From IMG/VR virus record IMGVR_UViG_2061766007_000148: a stretch of DNA of 35,199 nt; one strand, written 5' to 3'. The notes below the pieces were generated by a model, which saw nothing but the letters and a program-made list of their open reading frames with translations, searched no databases and was not told where the DNA came from. This stretch comes from an uncultured virus (IMG/VR IMGVR_UViG_2061766007_000148) (Duplodnaviria; Heunggongvirae; Uroviricota; Caudoviricetes). Position numbers and translations under genes: made by a program. Shown piece by piece: positions 27,807 through 35,199 of this stretch. How positions within the stretch are numbered: position 1 is the first letter of the stretch; each line of letters begins with the position of its first letter.

Positions 27807-28457
27807 ATGGCAACAAAAAGAATTACACATATTGACAATCCACTTTCTAAAAAAATGATGGTTGAGGGGTTAATAGGTTATCCAAGAAGAATCTCACAGA
27901 TGGATAAATATTACTCAAATCTTAATTCCTCAAAACATAATAGGGGTTCGATGAGTGATTTACCACCTCGTCCTAAAAAAGATAAGAGATATTATCCAAT
28001 ATCACCAATTAGATCAATTCCTGATGTAGGTTACAAAACACCTATTGAGGCATATTTTGCGTATTTTAGGAACCCTTATGACACTTATTATTCGGAAGTC
28101 CACGGGAATCCGGTAACCAAAAGTGCGGTAGCTACGGAATTAAATCGGCAAATAAAGGTCTTATATGCCCCGTATGAAGAGGATATAGCATTTTATGAGT
28201 CTTATTTTTCACCGGAAAATTTAAGTCATTACCCAGATCCGGGGAACAGTTTGCGGGATCCTATGCCTCGTATGAATTATTTCATCAATTATGCTACGGC
28301 AAGGTTAAAAATAATGAGACCTACAAACAGAGCATTCATGCCCGAACCGGAACATTATGCTCGACACAGAAGCAGTTCTTCACGATCACGTCGGAGAGTA
28401 CCTGTTCTTAGTGATAAACACGGTACCAAAAAATATGGTAGTCTTGATAGGAGATAA
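27807..28457 (+). CDS. Array protein, unique core
   Basis: MATKR start after GGGGG; tail ARHRS...GSLDRR. Confidence 0.8.
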   Translation: MATKRITHIDNPLSKKMMVEGLIGYPRRISQMDKYYSNLNSSKHNRGSMSDLPPRPKKDKRYYPISPIRSIPDVGYKTPIEAYFAYFRNPYDTYYSEVHGNPVTKSAVATELNRQIKVLYAPYEEDIAFYESYFSPENLSHYPDPGNSLRDPMPRMNYFINYATARLKIMRPTNRAFMPEPEHYARHRSSSSRSRRRVPVLSDKHGTKKYGSLDRR

Positions 28458-28496
28458 TCATTTGACGTATTTTAAATTATTCATTAAGAGGTAAAA

Positions 28497-28958
28497 ATGA
28501 CAAAATATGTTGCAAGTAAATACCGAGGATATGTATATAAATTAGATAAATATGGGTGTGTTTCCCGAATTTATTATTATCCTCCGTCAGGTAAAAAAGG
28601 AAAGTTCTCAGATAAAATTTTGGAAATTGTCCCATGGTTTACCACACCGGTCGGTGCTGATAGGGCAATTGGGGAATATACCCCTGAAGAAGTCGATTAT
28701 AGATTGTCTGATTATTCAGATAGTGAACTCTTTATGTATGAAACAAAATGGGTTGATGCGAATTCTTTAAAAATCACACAAAAGAAAATGGCAATTCCAA
28801 AAGATAGGGATGTTTCTGTTTATTCAGACGATTGGCGGACGTTGAAAAATTCGGATATTAATTATCACAGGAAGCAATACCCTATTGAATCCTCAAAAAA
28901 CATTATCCGAAGACGTAGCCGAATAAATCCGTATGGAAATCCTAAAAGATGGATTTGA
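28497..28958 (+). CDS. Array protein, YTPE domain; paralog of 34046
   Basis: MTKYVAS..GY..PPSGKK..EIVPWF..GEYTPEEV. Confidence 0.85.
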   Translation: MTKYVASKYRGYVYKLDKYGCVSRIYYYPPSGKKGKFSDKILEIVPWFTTPVGADRAIGEYTPEEVDYRLSDYSDSELFMYETKWVDANSLKITQKKMAIPKDRDVSVYSDDWRTLKNSDINYHRKQYPIESSKNIIRRRSRINPYGNPKRWI

Positions 28959-28999
28959 TGGTATAATATTTAATGGTATAATATTTTGGTGAGGATACA

Positions 29000-29092
29000 A
29001 TGACCAATATTACAGTTTATAGAGTTGAACAGGGAAGATCAATTAACTTTGCGGCAAAATTACCGTATGAGTTACGTCCATATTATAAATAA
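29000..29092 (+). CDS. 30-aa mini-ORF (MTNITVYRVEQ...)
   Basis: GAGG RBS; NITVY also occurs near the N-terminus of 32365. Confidence 0.45.
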   Translation: MTNITVYRVEQGRSINFAAKLPYELRPYYK

Positions 29093-29104
29093 GGGTAATT
29101 TGAA

Positions 29105-29176
29105 ATGGTAACTAAAAAAACCGCACGTCATCGCCGCATAACAAGGAAGAGCAAATCGCCGTTGGAGAGACGTTAA
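29105..29176 (+). CDS. 23-aa 'tags-only' ORF MVTKKTARHRRITRKSKSPLERR
   Basis: Array-type N-terminus fused directly to an array-type C-tail. Confidence 0.6.
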   Translation: MVTKKTARHRRITRKSKSPLERR

Positions 29177-29195
29177 AAAAGGATGTGAGTACATT

Positions 29196-29603
29196 ATGCC
29201 CTATACAAGTCCGCAGTCTCAAAAAGAGCAAAAATACTGGACTCAATTAAAAAATCATTCATATTATCTATATACTGAATATCCTTCGGGGATGATTGAT
29301 ATTCATGATGTATGGAGATCAAAATCGGATGCCGCAAGATCTGCACGGGATTATGCACGAGAAAATCCGCACGGGCAAAGAAGAAATGTGGTAGCCAGAT
29401 TCAGTGCAAAACAAATGGATGATATAATACAGACATATAAGAAACACATGTTCGGTTCGGAGTGGACAAAACACAGATGGGACACACATTGGAAACCGGG
29501 TGTTCCTTTTATGAAAGATTTCATCAACAGCACTCCAACATGGAACAAAGTGGTTGATTATATGGTATATAACCGGAAGAATGATACAAGATACGATTGG
29601 TAG
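29196..29603 (+). CDS. Array protein, unique core
   Basis: 135-aa ORF in operon. Confidence 0.75.
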   Translation: MPYTSPQSQKEQKYWTQLKNHSYYLYTEYPSGMIDIHDVWRSKSDAARSARDYARENPHGQRRNVVARFSAKQMDDIIQTYKKHMFGSEWTKHRWDTHWKPGVPFMKDFINSTPTWNKVVDYMVYNRKNDTRYDW

Positions 29604-29615
29604 GGGGAATACAAA

Positions 29616-30176
29616 ATGACATCTACAAGCAAAACAACATCAAAGAAGACATCCGCAAAAACATTCTTTGATAAAATGAAACTATTAAACGATGAAAATA
29701 AGTGGGACACACAATTAAAAAAGATATCAACAAATAAATCCGGGAATCCAGTATATTTAGAAAAATCAATCGGAATGGATATTGATTATTATATTAACAA
29801 TAATCATATTGCACGAGTAAATAATGAAACAGGGAATATTCATTGGTATGTTAATGAAAAAACTCTACCAAGCAAAGCAATTTATGAGATATTAAAAGAC
29901 TCTCGAAATAGGATTCTTGAACGCGAAAATGCATATCTTTCAGCTATAAAAGACATTGATAATCAAATAAAAAAAGAAGCCTCATGGTGTAAAAAACAAG
30001 GTATGAATTATGAACAAACAATCAGACATTTGGAGAATTCATACGATTTCAGGACACTATTAGATAATAGAAACGTTGTAAAAAATAGATTAAATGAACT
30101 TTATGAGACTCGTAATAGCATTACATCAAACAGAGAAAAAGCCATCCACACATATTCGTCAAAGCGTCGCAGATAA
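29616..30176 (+). CDS. Array protein, TLPSK family
   Basis: KKTSAK, WYVNEKTLPSK, REKAIHTYSSKRRR. Confidence 0.85.
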   Translation: MTSTSKTTSKKTSAKTFFDKMKLLNDENKWDTQLKKISTNKSGNPVYLEKSIGMDIDYYINNNHIARVNNETGNIHWYVNEKTLPSKAIYEILKDSRNRILERENAYLSAIKDIDNQIKKEASWCKKQGMNYEQTIRHLENSYDFRTLLDNRNVVKNRLNELYETRNSITSNREKAIHTYSSKRRR

Positions 30177-30224
30177 ATCATATTTCTATTTTTGAATTAT
30201 TACTCAAAACCTTGTTTTGCATCT

Positions 30225-30248
30225 CCGATTATAATGTATTTTTATTAA
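30225..30248 (+). promoter_or_regulatory. ATTATAATGTAT + TATA-like (TTTATTAA)
   Basis: Conserved 12-mer. Confidence 0.75.
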
Positions 30249-30281
30249 TTCCCTTTAACAAATTGATTATCGGGAGATATC

Positions 30282-30494
30282 ATGGCTTATATTTATAACG
30301 CACCGTACGGTTACACACTCGTGACCGATGATCACGGGCGTGTCGTAGGGGTCTTGACTCCCGACGGCGGAGACTATCTGAAACCGTATGTTGCGGTCAG
30401 AGGCTCAATTACCGAAGTCAAGGACTGTATCGGGAAATATACGCCTGAGCAATTCCGCAAGAAACTGTATAACAAATCAGTCTATCTTGATTGA
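30282..30494 (+). CDS. Minimal stand-alone YTPE-domain protein
   Basis: YGYTLVTDDHGRVVG..KPY..CIGKYTPEQ. Confidence 0.85.
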   Translation: MAYIYNAPYGYTLVTDDHGRVVGVLTPDGGDYLKPYVAVRGSITEVKDCIGKYTPEQFRKKLYNKSVYLD

Positions 30495-30516
30495 GTAAAG
30501 AAAGGGGGAAAACAAA

Positions 30517-30758
30517 ATGGCAACAAGAAAATCAAAGAAAGAAGTCACAGGCGCTTACGGCTGTGAATTTATTACGAATGGCAAAGGACGTGTCGTGGGT
30601 GCATGGTGCCCGCCGAGGTCGGCTGCCGGAGAACTCGGCAGACAGTATAGAATNNNNNNNNNNNNNNNNNNNNNNNNNNNNNNNNTGAGTGTGTCGGCGA
30701 ATACACACCCGAACAGACACGCAGAAAGATGTATGAGGGCACGCTGTCCTTCCACTGA
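30517..30758 (+). CDS. YTPE-domain protein; spans an N gap
   Basis: MATRKSKK, GRVVG; after the gap ECVGEYTPEQTRRKMYEGTLSFH*. Confidence 0.75.
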
Positions 30759-30780
30759 TTGATGATAGGGGGAATATGAA

Positions 30781-31371
30781 ATGGTGACAAAAAAACAACA
30801 TTTGATTAACTTATGGTCTGCTTGGGGATACAAATTTCATACAAACAGAAACGGAAATGTAATATATGTTATAGAACCGTCGAATGACAGTAGAAGACCG
30901 CCAACATTATTATACCTTTATGAGTTGGACAAACCAAAGCTCAACATGGTATCTGCATGGGGTAAATACACCCCGGAACAGGCTCTAAACAGATTTGCGG
31001 AAAGAAAACTTTGGACATCCACTGAAAAGTTTAAAGCAGTGGATCAGATCTATGATCCTTTTGGGAGGACATGGTATTACTTCAGCCCGAAAAATGGTAT
31101 ATATTATGCTGAGAATTACCCCAATCCGCAACAATGGGCTGAAAAAGGATATCCGAGGAAACAGGCAAATCGCTATGTGAAAGGTCCTGCAAAGAGTATC
31201 TTAAAACTTGATGATGATGGGTATGTTGAAAGAGTAATTACAAAAGACGGTTCACATAAATCGCCAGTTCACGTTGTGCCTTCAGGCTCCTATGTTCTCG
31301 GTTCTAATAAGAAATACACGCCTGAGCAAGTAAAGAGAAAGTGGTATAACAAAACAATGGATTTCATTTGA
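30781..31371 (+). CDS. Protein with two YTPE domains
   Basis: GKYTPEQA and KKYTPEQV. Confidence 0.85.
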   Translation: MVTKKQHLINLWSAWGYKFHTNRNGNVIYVIEPSNDSRRPPTLLYLYELDKPKLNMVSAWGKYTPEQALNRFAERKLWTSTEKFKAVDQIYDPFGRTWYYFSPKNGIYYAENYPNPQQWAEKGYPRKQANRYVKGPAKSILKLDDDGYVERVITKDGSHKSPVHVVPSGSYVLGSNKKYTPEQVKRKWYNKTMDFI

Positions 31372-31401
31372 AATCCTGTATTTTTCAAAGGAGGAAACAA
31401 A

Positions 31402-31873
31402 ATGACAACAAGAAAATTAACTACAAGAAAAAGAAGACCCGCATCGTCAAAGACGAGATTTATAAACTATACTCCCGGATTGCAATATAAAGATGAATCA
31501 AAACATTCACACCCTGTACCATATGTAATATATGGTGCTTCTCCAAGGGAGCCACATTACATATATTATTTAGAAGATGATGCTCATTTTGGTCATCTGC
31601 GTGATCGGGATGGACGTAGGGTAAATGAGTTTGATTTTATTGATNNNNNNNNNNNNNNNNNNNNNNNNNNNNNNNNNNNNNNNNNNNNNNNNNNCTCAGA
31701 AAAAAATAGACAAAATAGCGGCATTAAGAGATGAGGCAGATCGTATCCGAGGATATACAGGAATGGATGCCCCGTTCAACATACGCGAAGCCTCCTATGA
31801 GGTTATGGCAGATTTAGCCCGCAGAACCCGTATGAGAAAAAGAAAGTCTGGAAAAACGTCTTTAAGACGTTAA
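31402..31873 (+). CDS. Array protein, SGKTSLRR family; spans an N gap
   Basis: MTTRKLTTRK, NYTPGL, PYVI; ends RKRKSGKTSLRR. Confidence 0.8.
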
Positions 31874-31896
31874 ATCTATTTTTTAGGGGGAATACA

Positions 31897-32340
31897 ATGG
31901 TCATAAACAAAACAGGTACATGGAAACACTATTTGGAAATAAGGGGTAGAAAAATACCTGTGCCATACGAGTGGTATGATAAATACGGGAATGACATGGA
32001 AAGACACTATGTACCGTATGCAAGAGGATCCCAATTTTGGGATTATAAGATAGTTACATCCGGTCGAAATCCACACGAAGCAAAGGAGGCATTATTGAAT
32101 ATCTATCCTTTTTCACCAGCAGATATGGATAAAATGAAGATCCATACTTTCTGGGCATCCGAATCCGAGATTGAACGTGCAAGAAAAAGGGCTGTAAGAA
32201 AGATTCAATCTGATCGTAAAAAGAAGGGGTTAGCACCTGCAAAAGCATATCATGAAATTATGGGTGAAGCAGATCGATTAGTTATCGGAAAACTCCGTTC
32301 AGACAGAGTTCGCAAGAGAACTCGCACGCATAGGAGATAA
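31897..32340 (+). CDS. Array protein
   Basis: GGGGG RBS; ends RKRTRTHRR. Confidence 0.8.
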   Translation: MVINKTGTWKHYLEIRGRKIPVPYEWYDKYGNDMERHYVPYARGSQFWDYKIVTSGRNPHEAKEALLNIYPFSPADMDKMKIHTFWASESEIERARKRAVRKIQSDRKKKGLAPAKAYHEIMGEADRLVIGKLRSDRVRKRTRTHRR

Positions 32341-32364
32341 ATATAATTTATAGGGGAAATTAAA

Positions 32365-32772
32365 ATGACAAATTCGGAAAATAATATCACTGTATATAAT
32401 TCACAACCGTTAGGGGGAGGGAGGTATGAAATAACACCTCAACCGAAAAGAACTGATGGATGGGGTTTAGTTCTTGATTTTTACAATCCACGCGCCGCAC
32501 CATCAAATTTCGAGACATTTAATTGCCTTACATACAATGGGAAGGTAATTATCGTAGAGAATAATGGTATATTCTATTATCCATATACTTTAAAATACAA
32601 TGGTCATGATCGAGGAATCGGATATTCGAGAATAAAAATAGGGGGTGGTAAATATACATTCAAAACATTTGCATGGCATGTTTATTGGCATGGATGGATA
32701 TATGAACAAATTCCAAAAAAAGATGTCTCAAAATTTGTGCCTAATGCGGTGCTTAAAGCCATGGGATACTAA
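32365..32772 (+). CDS. Array protein, divergent KDG family
   Basis: RYEIT, LTYNGKVI, GKYTFKT, VPNAVLK. Confidence 0.8.
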   Translation: MTNSENNITVYNSQPLGGGRYEITPQPKRTDGWGLVLDFYNPRAAPSNFETFNCLTYNGKVIIVENNGIFYYPYTLKYNGHDRGIGYSRIKIGGGKYTFKTFAWHVYWHGWIYEQIPKKDVSKFVPNAVLKAMGY

Positions 32773-32810
32773 TCTCACAAAATCATATCTTTTTTGCGTA
32801 TAAATTATCT

Positions 32811-32836
32811 CCCGAATTATAATGTATCTTTAAGAA
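32811..32836 (+). promoter_or_regulatory. ATTATAATGTAT + TATA-like (TTTAAGAA)
   Basis: Conserved 12-mer after a T-tract. Confidence 0.75.
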
Positions 32837-32885
32837 TACCCTTTGAGAATACATATTACTCAATCTCAAAATAGGGGAAAAGAAA

Positions 32886-33215
32886 ATGACATCTGATTAC
32901 ATAAAATTGGTAAGACACGGTTCAGGTAAACGGCAAAAGAGATTTGCCGTTGTCGATTCCGACGGATCAGCCATATACGGCATCGGATCTACCAGACAGG
33001 GCGCTCTCGAAGACGCGATAGGCTACATAAAATATTCCCGCATACCGTGGAATGGTTCGCGTGATGCAAAGGACTATCCCGACCGTCCTGTAAGGGGCAT
33101 AGGCATCTACATCCGCGAGGTTCCCGGACGGGTGGCAAAGTATGTCGAGACCGTCAACAACGGCAGAGATGCCGTGGAATACATGCTCATTCAGGACATG
33201 AAACGCAGGAAATAA
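32886..33215 (+). CDS. Array protein with HicB-like motif
   Basis: YGIGSTRQGALEDA; ends KRRK. Confidence 0.8.
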   Translation: MTSDYIKLVRHGSGKRQKRFAVVDSDGSAIYGIGSTRQGALEDAIGYIKYSRIPWNGSRDAKDYPDRPVRGIGIYIREVPGRVAKYVETVNNGRDAVEYMLIQDMKRRK

Positions 33216-33237
33216 TCTAAAATTAAGGGGGGAAAAT

Positions 33238-33627
33238 ATGGGTGTTAAAATCTATTCAAACAAAAGATACGGCAGACTTCTTAACGACAATGACGGTTTT
33301 GGTTGGGATTATGTCCTAAACAAAAACAACAAAGTTGTTTTCAGATTGGCTGACATTCATCGTGATGCTCTTCCGCCACGCGGGTCACCGTGGGGTTCGG
33401 GTGACTACGGATATTTGTATGTTGAAATGGTGCCTCTTAAAAAAGTCACATCACGAAATGGCGGTACCCGGTATGTCAGTTGTAGGGACAAATATACTTG
33501 GGATACACTGAGTAAAAAAATGGAGTCTGGGGACATCATATTCCAAGATAAGCATTACCGGCATATGAATCGCCGTCGGCAACACAGTACGCCCTATTAT
33601 GCGTATTATTCATCGATAGAAAATTGA
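33238..33627 (+). CDS. Array protein, divergent YTPE domain
   Basis: GWDYVLNKNNKVV..VP..SCRDKYTWDTL. Confidence 0.8.
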   Translation: MGVKIYSNKRYGRLLNDNDGFGWDYVLNKNNKVVFRLADIHRDALPPRGSPWGSGDYGYLYVEMVPLKKVTSRNGGTRYVSCRDKYTWDTLSKKMESGDIIFQDKHYRHMNRRRQHSTPYYAYYSSIEN

Positions 33628-33666
33628 AGGAATAAAAAAGAAGTATTGAATCTAAAAGAGGATATT

Positions 33667-33757
33667 ATGAAAGAACTCGATATTGATTAAATAAACAGAA
33701 TATTTTGACAGACAATCAAATTATAAAAAGAGATGATTCAGATGGTTACAAAGAAAA
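33667..33757 (+). repeat. ~90-bp leader repeat copy 1 with uORF MKELDID
   Basis: Similar to 34589-34678. Confidence 0.8.
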
Positions 33758-34032
33758 CAAGTAAAAAACAACCGGATTCTCTTACGAACAGAGAAAAAAT
33801 AGGAAATGCATGGCGGGCATATGACGGCAGTATCAGGTACTACGTCAACGACTGGAAGGACATGATCGGACNNNNNNNNNNCCCGATGAGCAATTCCCAC
33901 TACAACAAATACATTTCCGGCACCAAGGTCTGGATTGACGAGAATGACGGGATCCATGTAGATTATTGTAGGGATGGCGAGATTAAGTCCGCCATCATCA
34001 AGGCGGTCAGCAAGGAACTCAAGAAAAAATAA
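33742..34032 (+). CDS. Array protein (short gap inside)
   Basis: MVTKKTSKK...ELKKK. Confidence 0.8.
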   Translation: MVTKKTSKKQPDSLTNREKIGNAWRAYDGSIRYYVNDWKDMIGXXXXPMSNSHYNKYISGTKVWIDENDGIHVDYCRDGEIKSAIIKAVSKELKKK

Positions 34033-34045
34033 GGGGGAAAAGAAT

Positions 34046-34564
34046 ATGACAAAATATGTAGCAAGTATATATGCGGGATACACTTACCGTTTAAATAACA
34101 AAGGATTAGTGAATCGTATCTATTATCATCCGCCGTCAGGGAAAAAAGCAAAATTTCCTAATAAAGTATTGGAGATTGTGCCGTGGTTTACAGCAGATCA
34201 TCGTGCTGAAGAGGCAATCGGCGTATATACACCTAATGAAGTTGATTTGAAATTATTTAGCGGGGAATTATACCTGTTCAAAACCAAATGGGTCGATGCT
34301 GATTCACTAAAAATAACGCAAAAGAAAATGGCAATCCCTAAAAATAGGTCTCCAACAGTTTACTCGGATGATTGGAAAAAATATGTTCCATATCGTAACG
34401 ATGCGAGAGCTTGGATGCCTCACGAATTAGAACTCAAGCAAGATTATAATCCATATCGAATAGAGAATCCTGTTGAAAGTTATGAATCTTTAGCAAGGCG
34501 GGGTAAACCATTATTCCCGCAAAAAGGAGATCCTTTTTACAAACCATCAATCAGATGGAAATAA
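34046..34564 (+). CDS. YTPE-domain protein; paralog of 28497
   Basis: GGGGG RBS; GVYTPNEV; KITQKKMAIPK shared. Confidence 0.85.
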   Translation: MTKYVASIYAGYTYRLNNKGLVNRIYYHPPSGKKAKFPNKVLEIVPWFTADHRAEEAIGVYTPNEVDLKLFSGELYLFKTKWVDADSLKITQKKMAIPKNRSPTVYSDDWKKYVPYRNDARAWMPHELELKQDYNPYRIENPVESYESLARRGKPLFPQKGDPFYKPSIRWK

Positions 34565-34588
34565 TTGGTAATAATAGGGAGTAAATAT

Positions 34589-34678
34589 ATGTCAGAACTT
34601 GATATTGATTAATTTAACAGAATATTTTGACAGACACTCAAACTATAAACGGAGAGATAAGGATGGTTACAAAGAAAA
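34589..34678 (+). repeat. ~90-bp leader repeat copy 2 with uORF MSELDID
   Basis: GATATTGATTAA..AACAGAATATTTTGACAGACA..GATGGTTACAAAGAAAA. Confidence 0.8.
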
Positions 34679-35184
34679 GAACTAATAAATTGCCTTACTA
34701 TTCATCGGATTGTAAAACCCGTCAGGAATGGGAGAGTTGGTTTGATGAGTATGTATATCCGGGATTTAGTAAAAAAATACATTATATGGTCTATGCAAGA
34801 GATCCTAAAACACATATGTGGATTGAACCCGGTTCTTTTAATTTTAGATCTACTGATACGTTCGGCTCAAAAAGAGATCAATTAAGTGCACGGAAAATAC
34901 CTCCGTATGACACATTGGATGATTTCGATAAAGATTATGTCGGGAAACATTACCACATATTCTCTGAGAGGGATCGTCAGATGTTTAATCGGTCAATGGT
35001 TGCCATACCCACAAGTATTTCAAAAGAATGGACGGTGAGGCAGGAAGCAATTAAACAACAGAAAGAATTGTCTTTCCCCGACCCGTGGTATGCTCAAAGG
35101 GAATTTCCGAGAATGAACTTTGAAAAGCTGAGGAGTGCAGAGTACAGGCGCAACCGCTCAAAACATCCTTTACTGAGGAGATAA
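34663..35184 (+). CDS. Array protein, unique core
   Basis: MVTKKRT start; ends SKHPLLRR. Confidence 0.8.
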   Translation: MVTKKRTNKLPYYSSDCKTRQEWESWFDEYVYPGFSKKIHYMVYARDPKTHMWIEPGSFNFRSTDTFGSKRDQLSARKIPPYDTLDDFDKDYVGKHYHIFSERDRQMFNRSMVAIPTSISKEWTVRQEAIKQQKELSFPDPWYAQREFPRMNFEKLRSAEYRRNRSKHPLLRR

Positions 35185-35199
35185 TTATAAAATCAATTA

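Larger units (their letters stand above)
1..35199. mobile_element. Accessory region of an archaeal virus/plasmid-like element
   Basis: No housekeeping genes; dense small ORFs and paralog expansions; orphan methyltransferases; mini-CRISPR; archaeal-type promoters and gene families. No structural or integrase gene seen. Confidence 0.75.

Noticed and set aside
28958..28986. Tandem ATGGTATAATATTT x2 resembling a bacterial extended -10
   Set aside because: Isolated short duplication; the other signals are archaeal.
23598..31694. Apparent frameshifts in 23438, 30517 and 31402 (also in the peptidase at 3398-3451)
   Set aside because: Each frame change coincides with an N gap of estimated length, so these are assembly artefacts rather than programmed frameshifts or pseudogenes.
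18934..35184. Array N-termini as class III, Sec or Tat signal peptides processed by the peptidase
   Set aside because: No hydrophobic segment follows the basic N-termini.
18615..35184. Integron, DGR or shufflon as the diversifying mechanism
   Set aside because: No attC-like sites, reverse transcriptase, template/variable repeat pair or recombinase seen in the window.

Overview
This window looks like the accessory region of an archaeal virus or plasmid-like element. A Methanomicrobiales-type host is suggested by a FlaK-like peptidase, DUF6293/CARF and ribbon-helix-helix (RHH) genes, TATA-box promoters and GGAGG/GAGGTG/GGGGG ribosome-binding sites. No capsid, terminase, integrase or replicase gene is recognisable. 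Left part (1-7.4 kb): a C5 DNA methyltransferase, a radical SAM protein, a tandem triplet of paralogs plus a relic copy, a prepilin peptidase, a wHTH protein, a P-loop ATPase and an EcoRI-family adenine methyltransferase. Middle (7.4-18.3 kb): two leftward runs of mostly acidic small proteins (ASCH, two CARF-like, two RHH, several with HicB-like motifs) around a cas-less mini-CRISPR array with type I-E-like repeats (15754-15952). Right (18.6-35.2 kb): about 35 small basic genes in five units, each headed by an identical 12-bp motif (ATTATAATGTAT) abutting a TATA box. Many of these proteins share a K/T-rich N-terminus, an R/K-rich C-terminus and a diversified 'YTPE' domain. One 23-aa ORF consists of only the two terminal segments. 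This tagged-protein array is the best candidate for an undescribed system. All homology calls are by eye and no searches were run.
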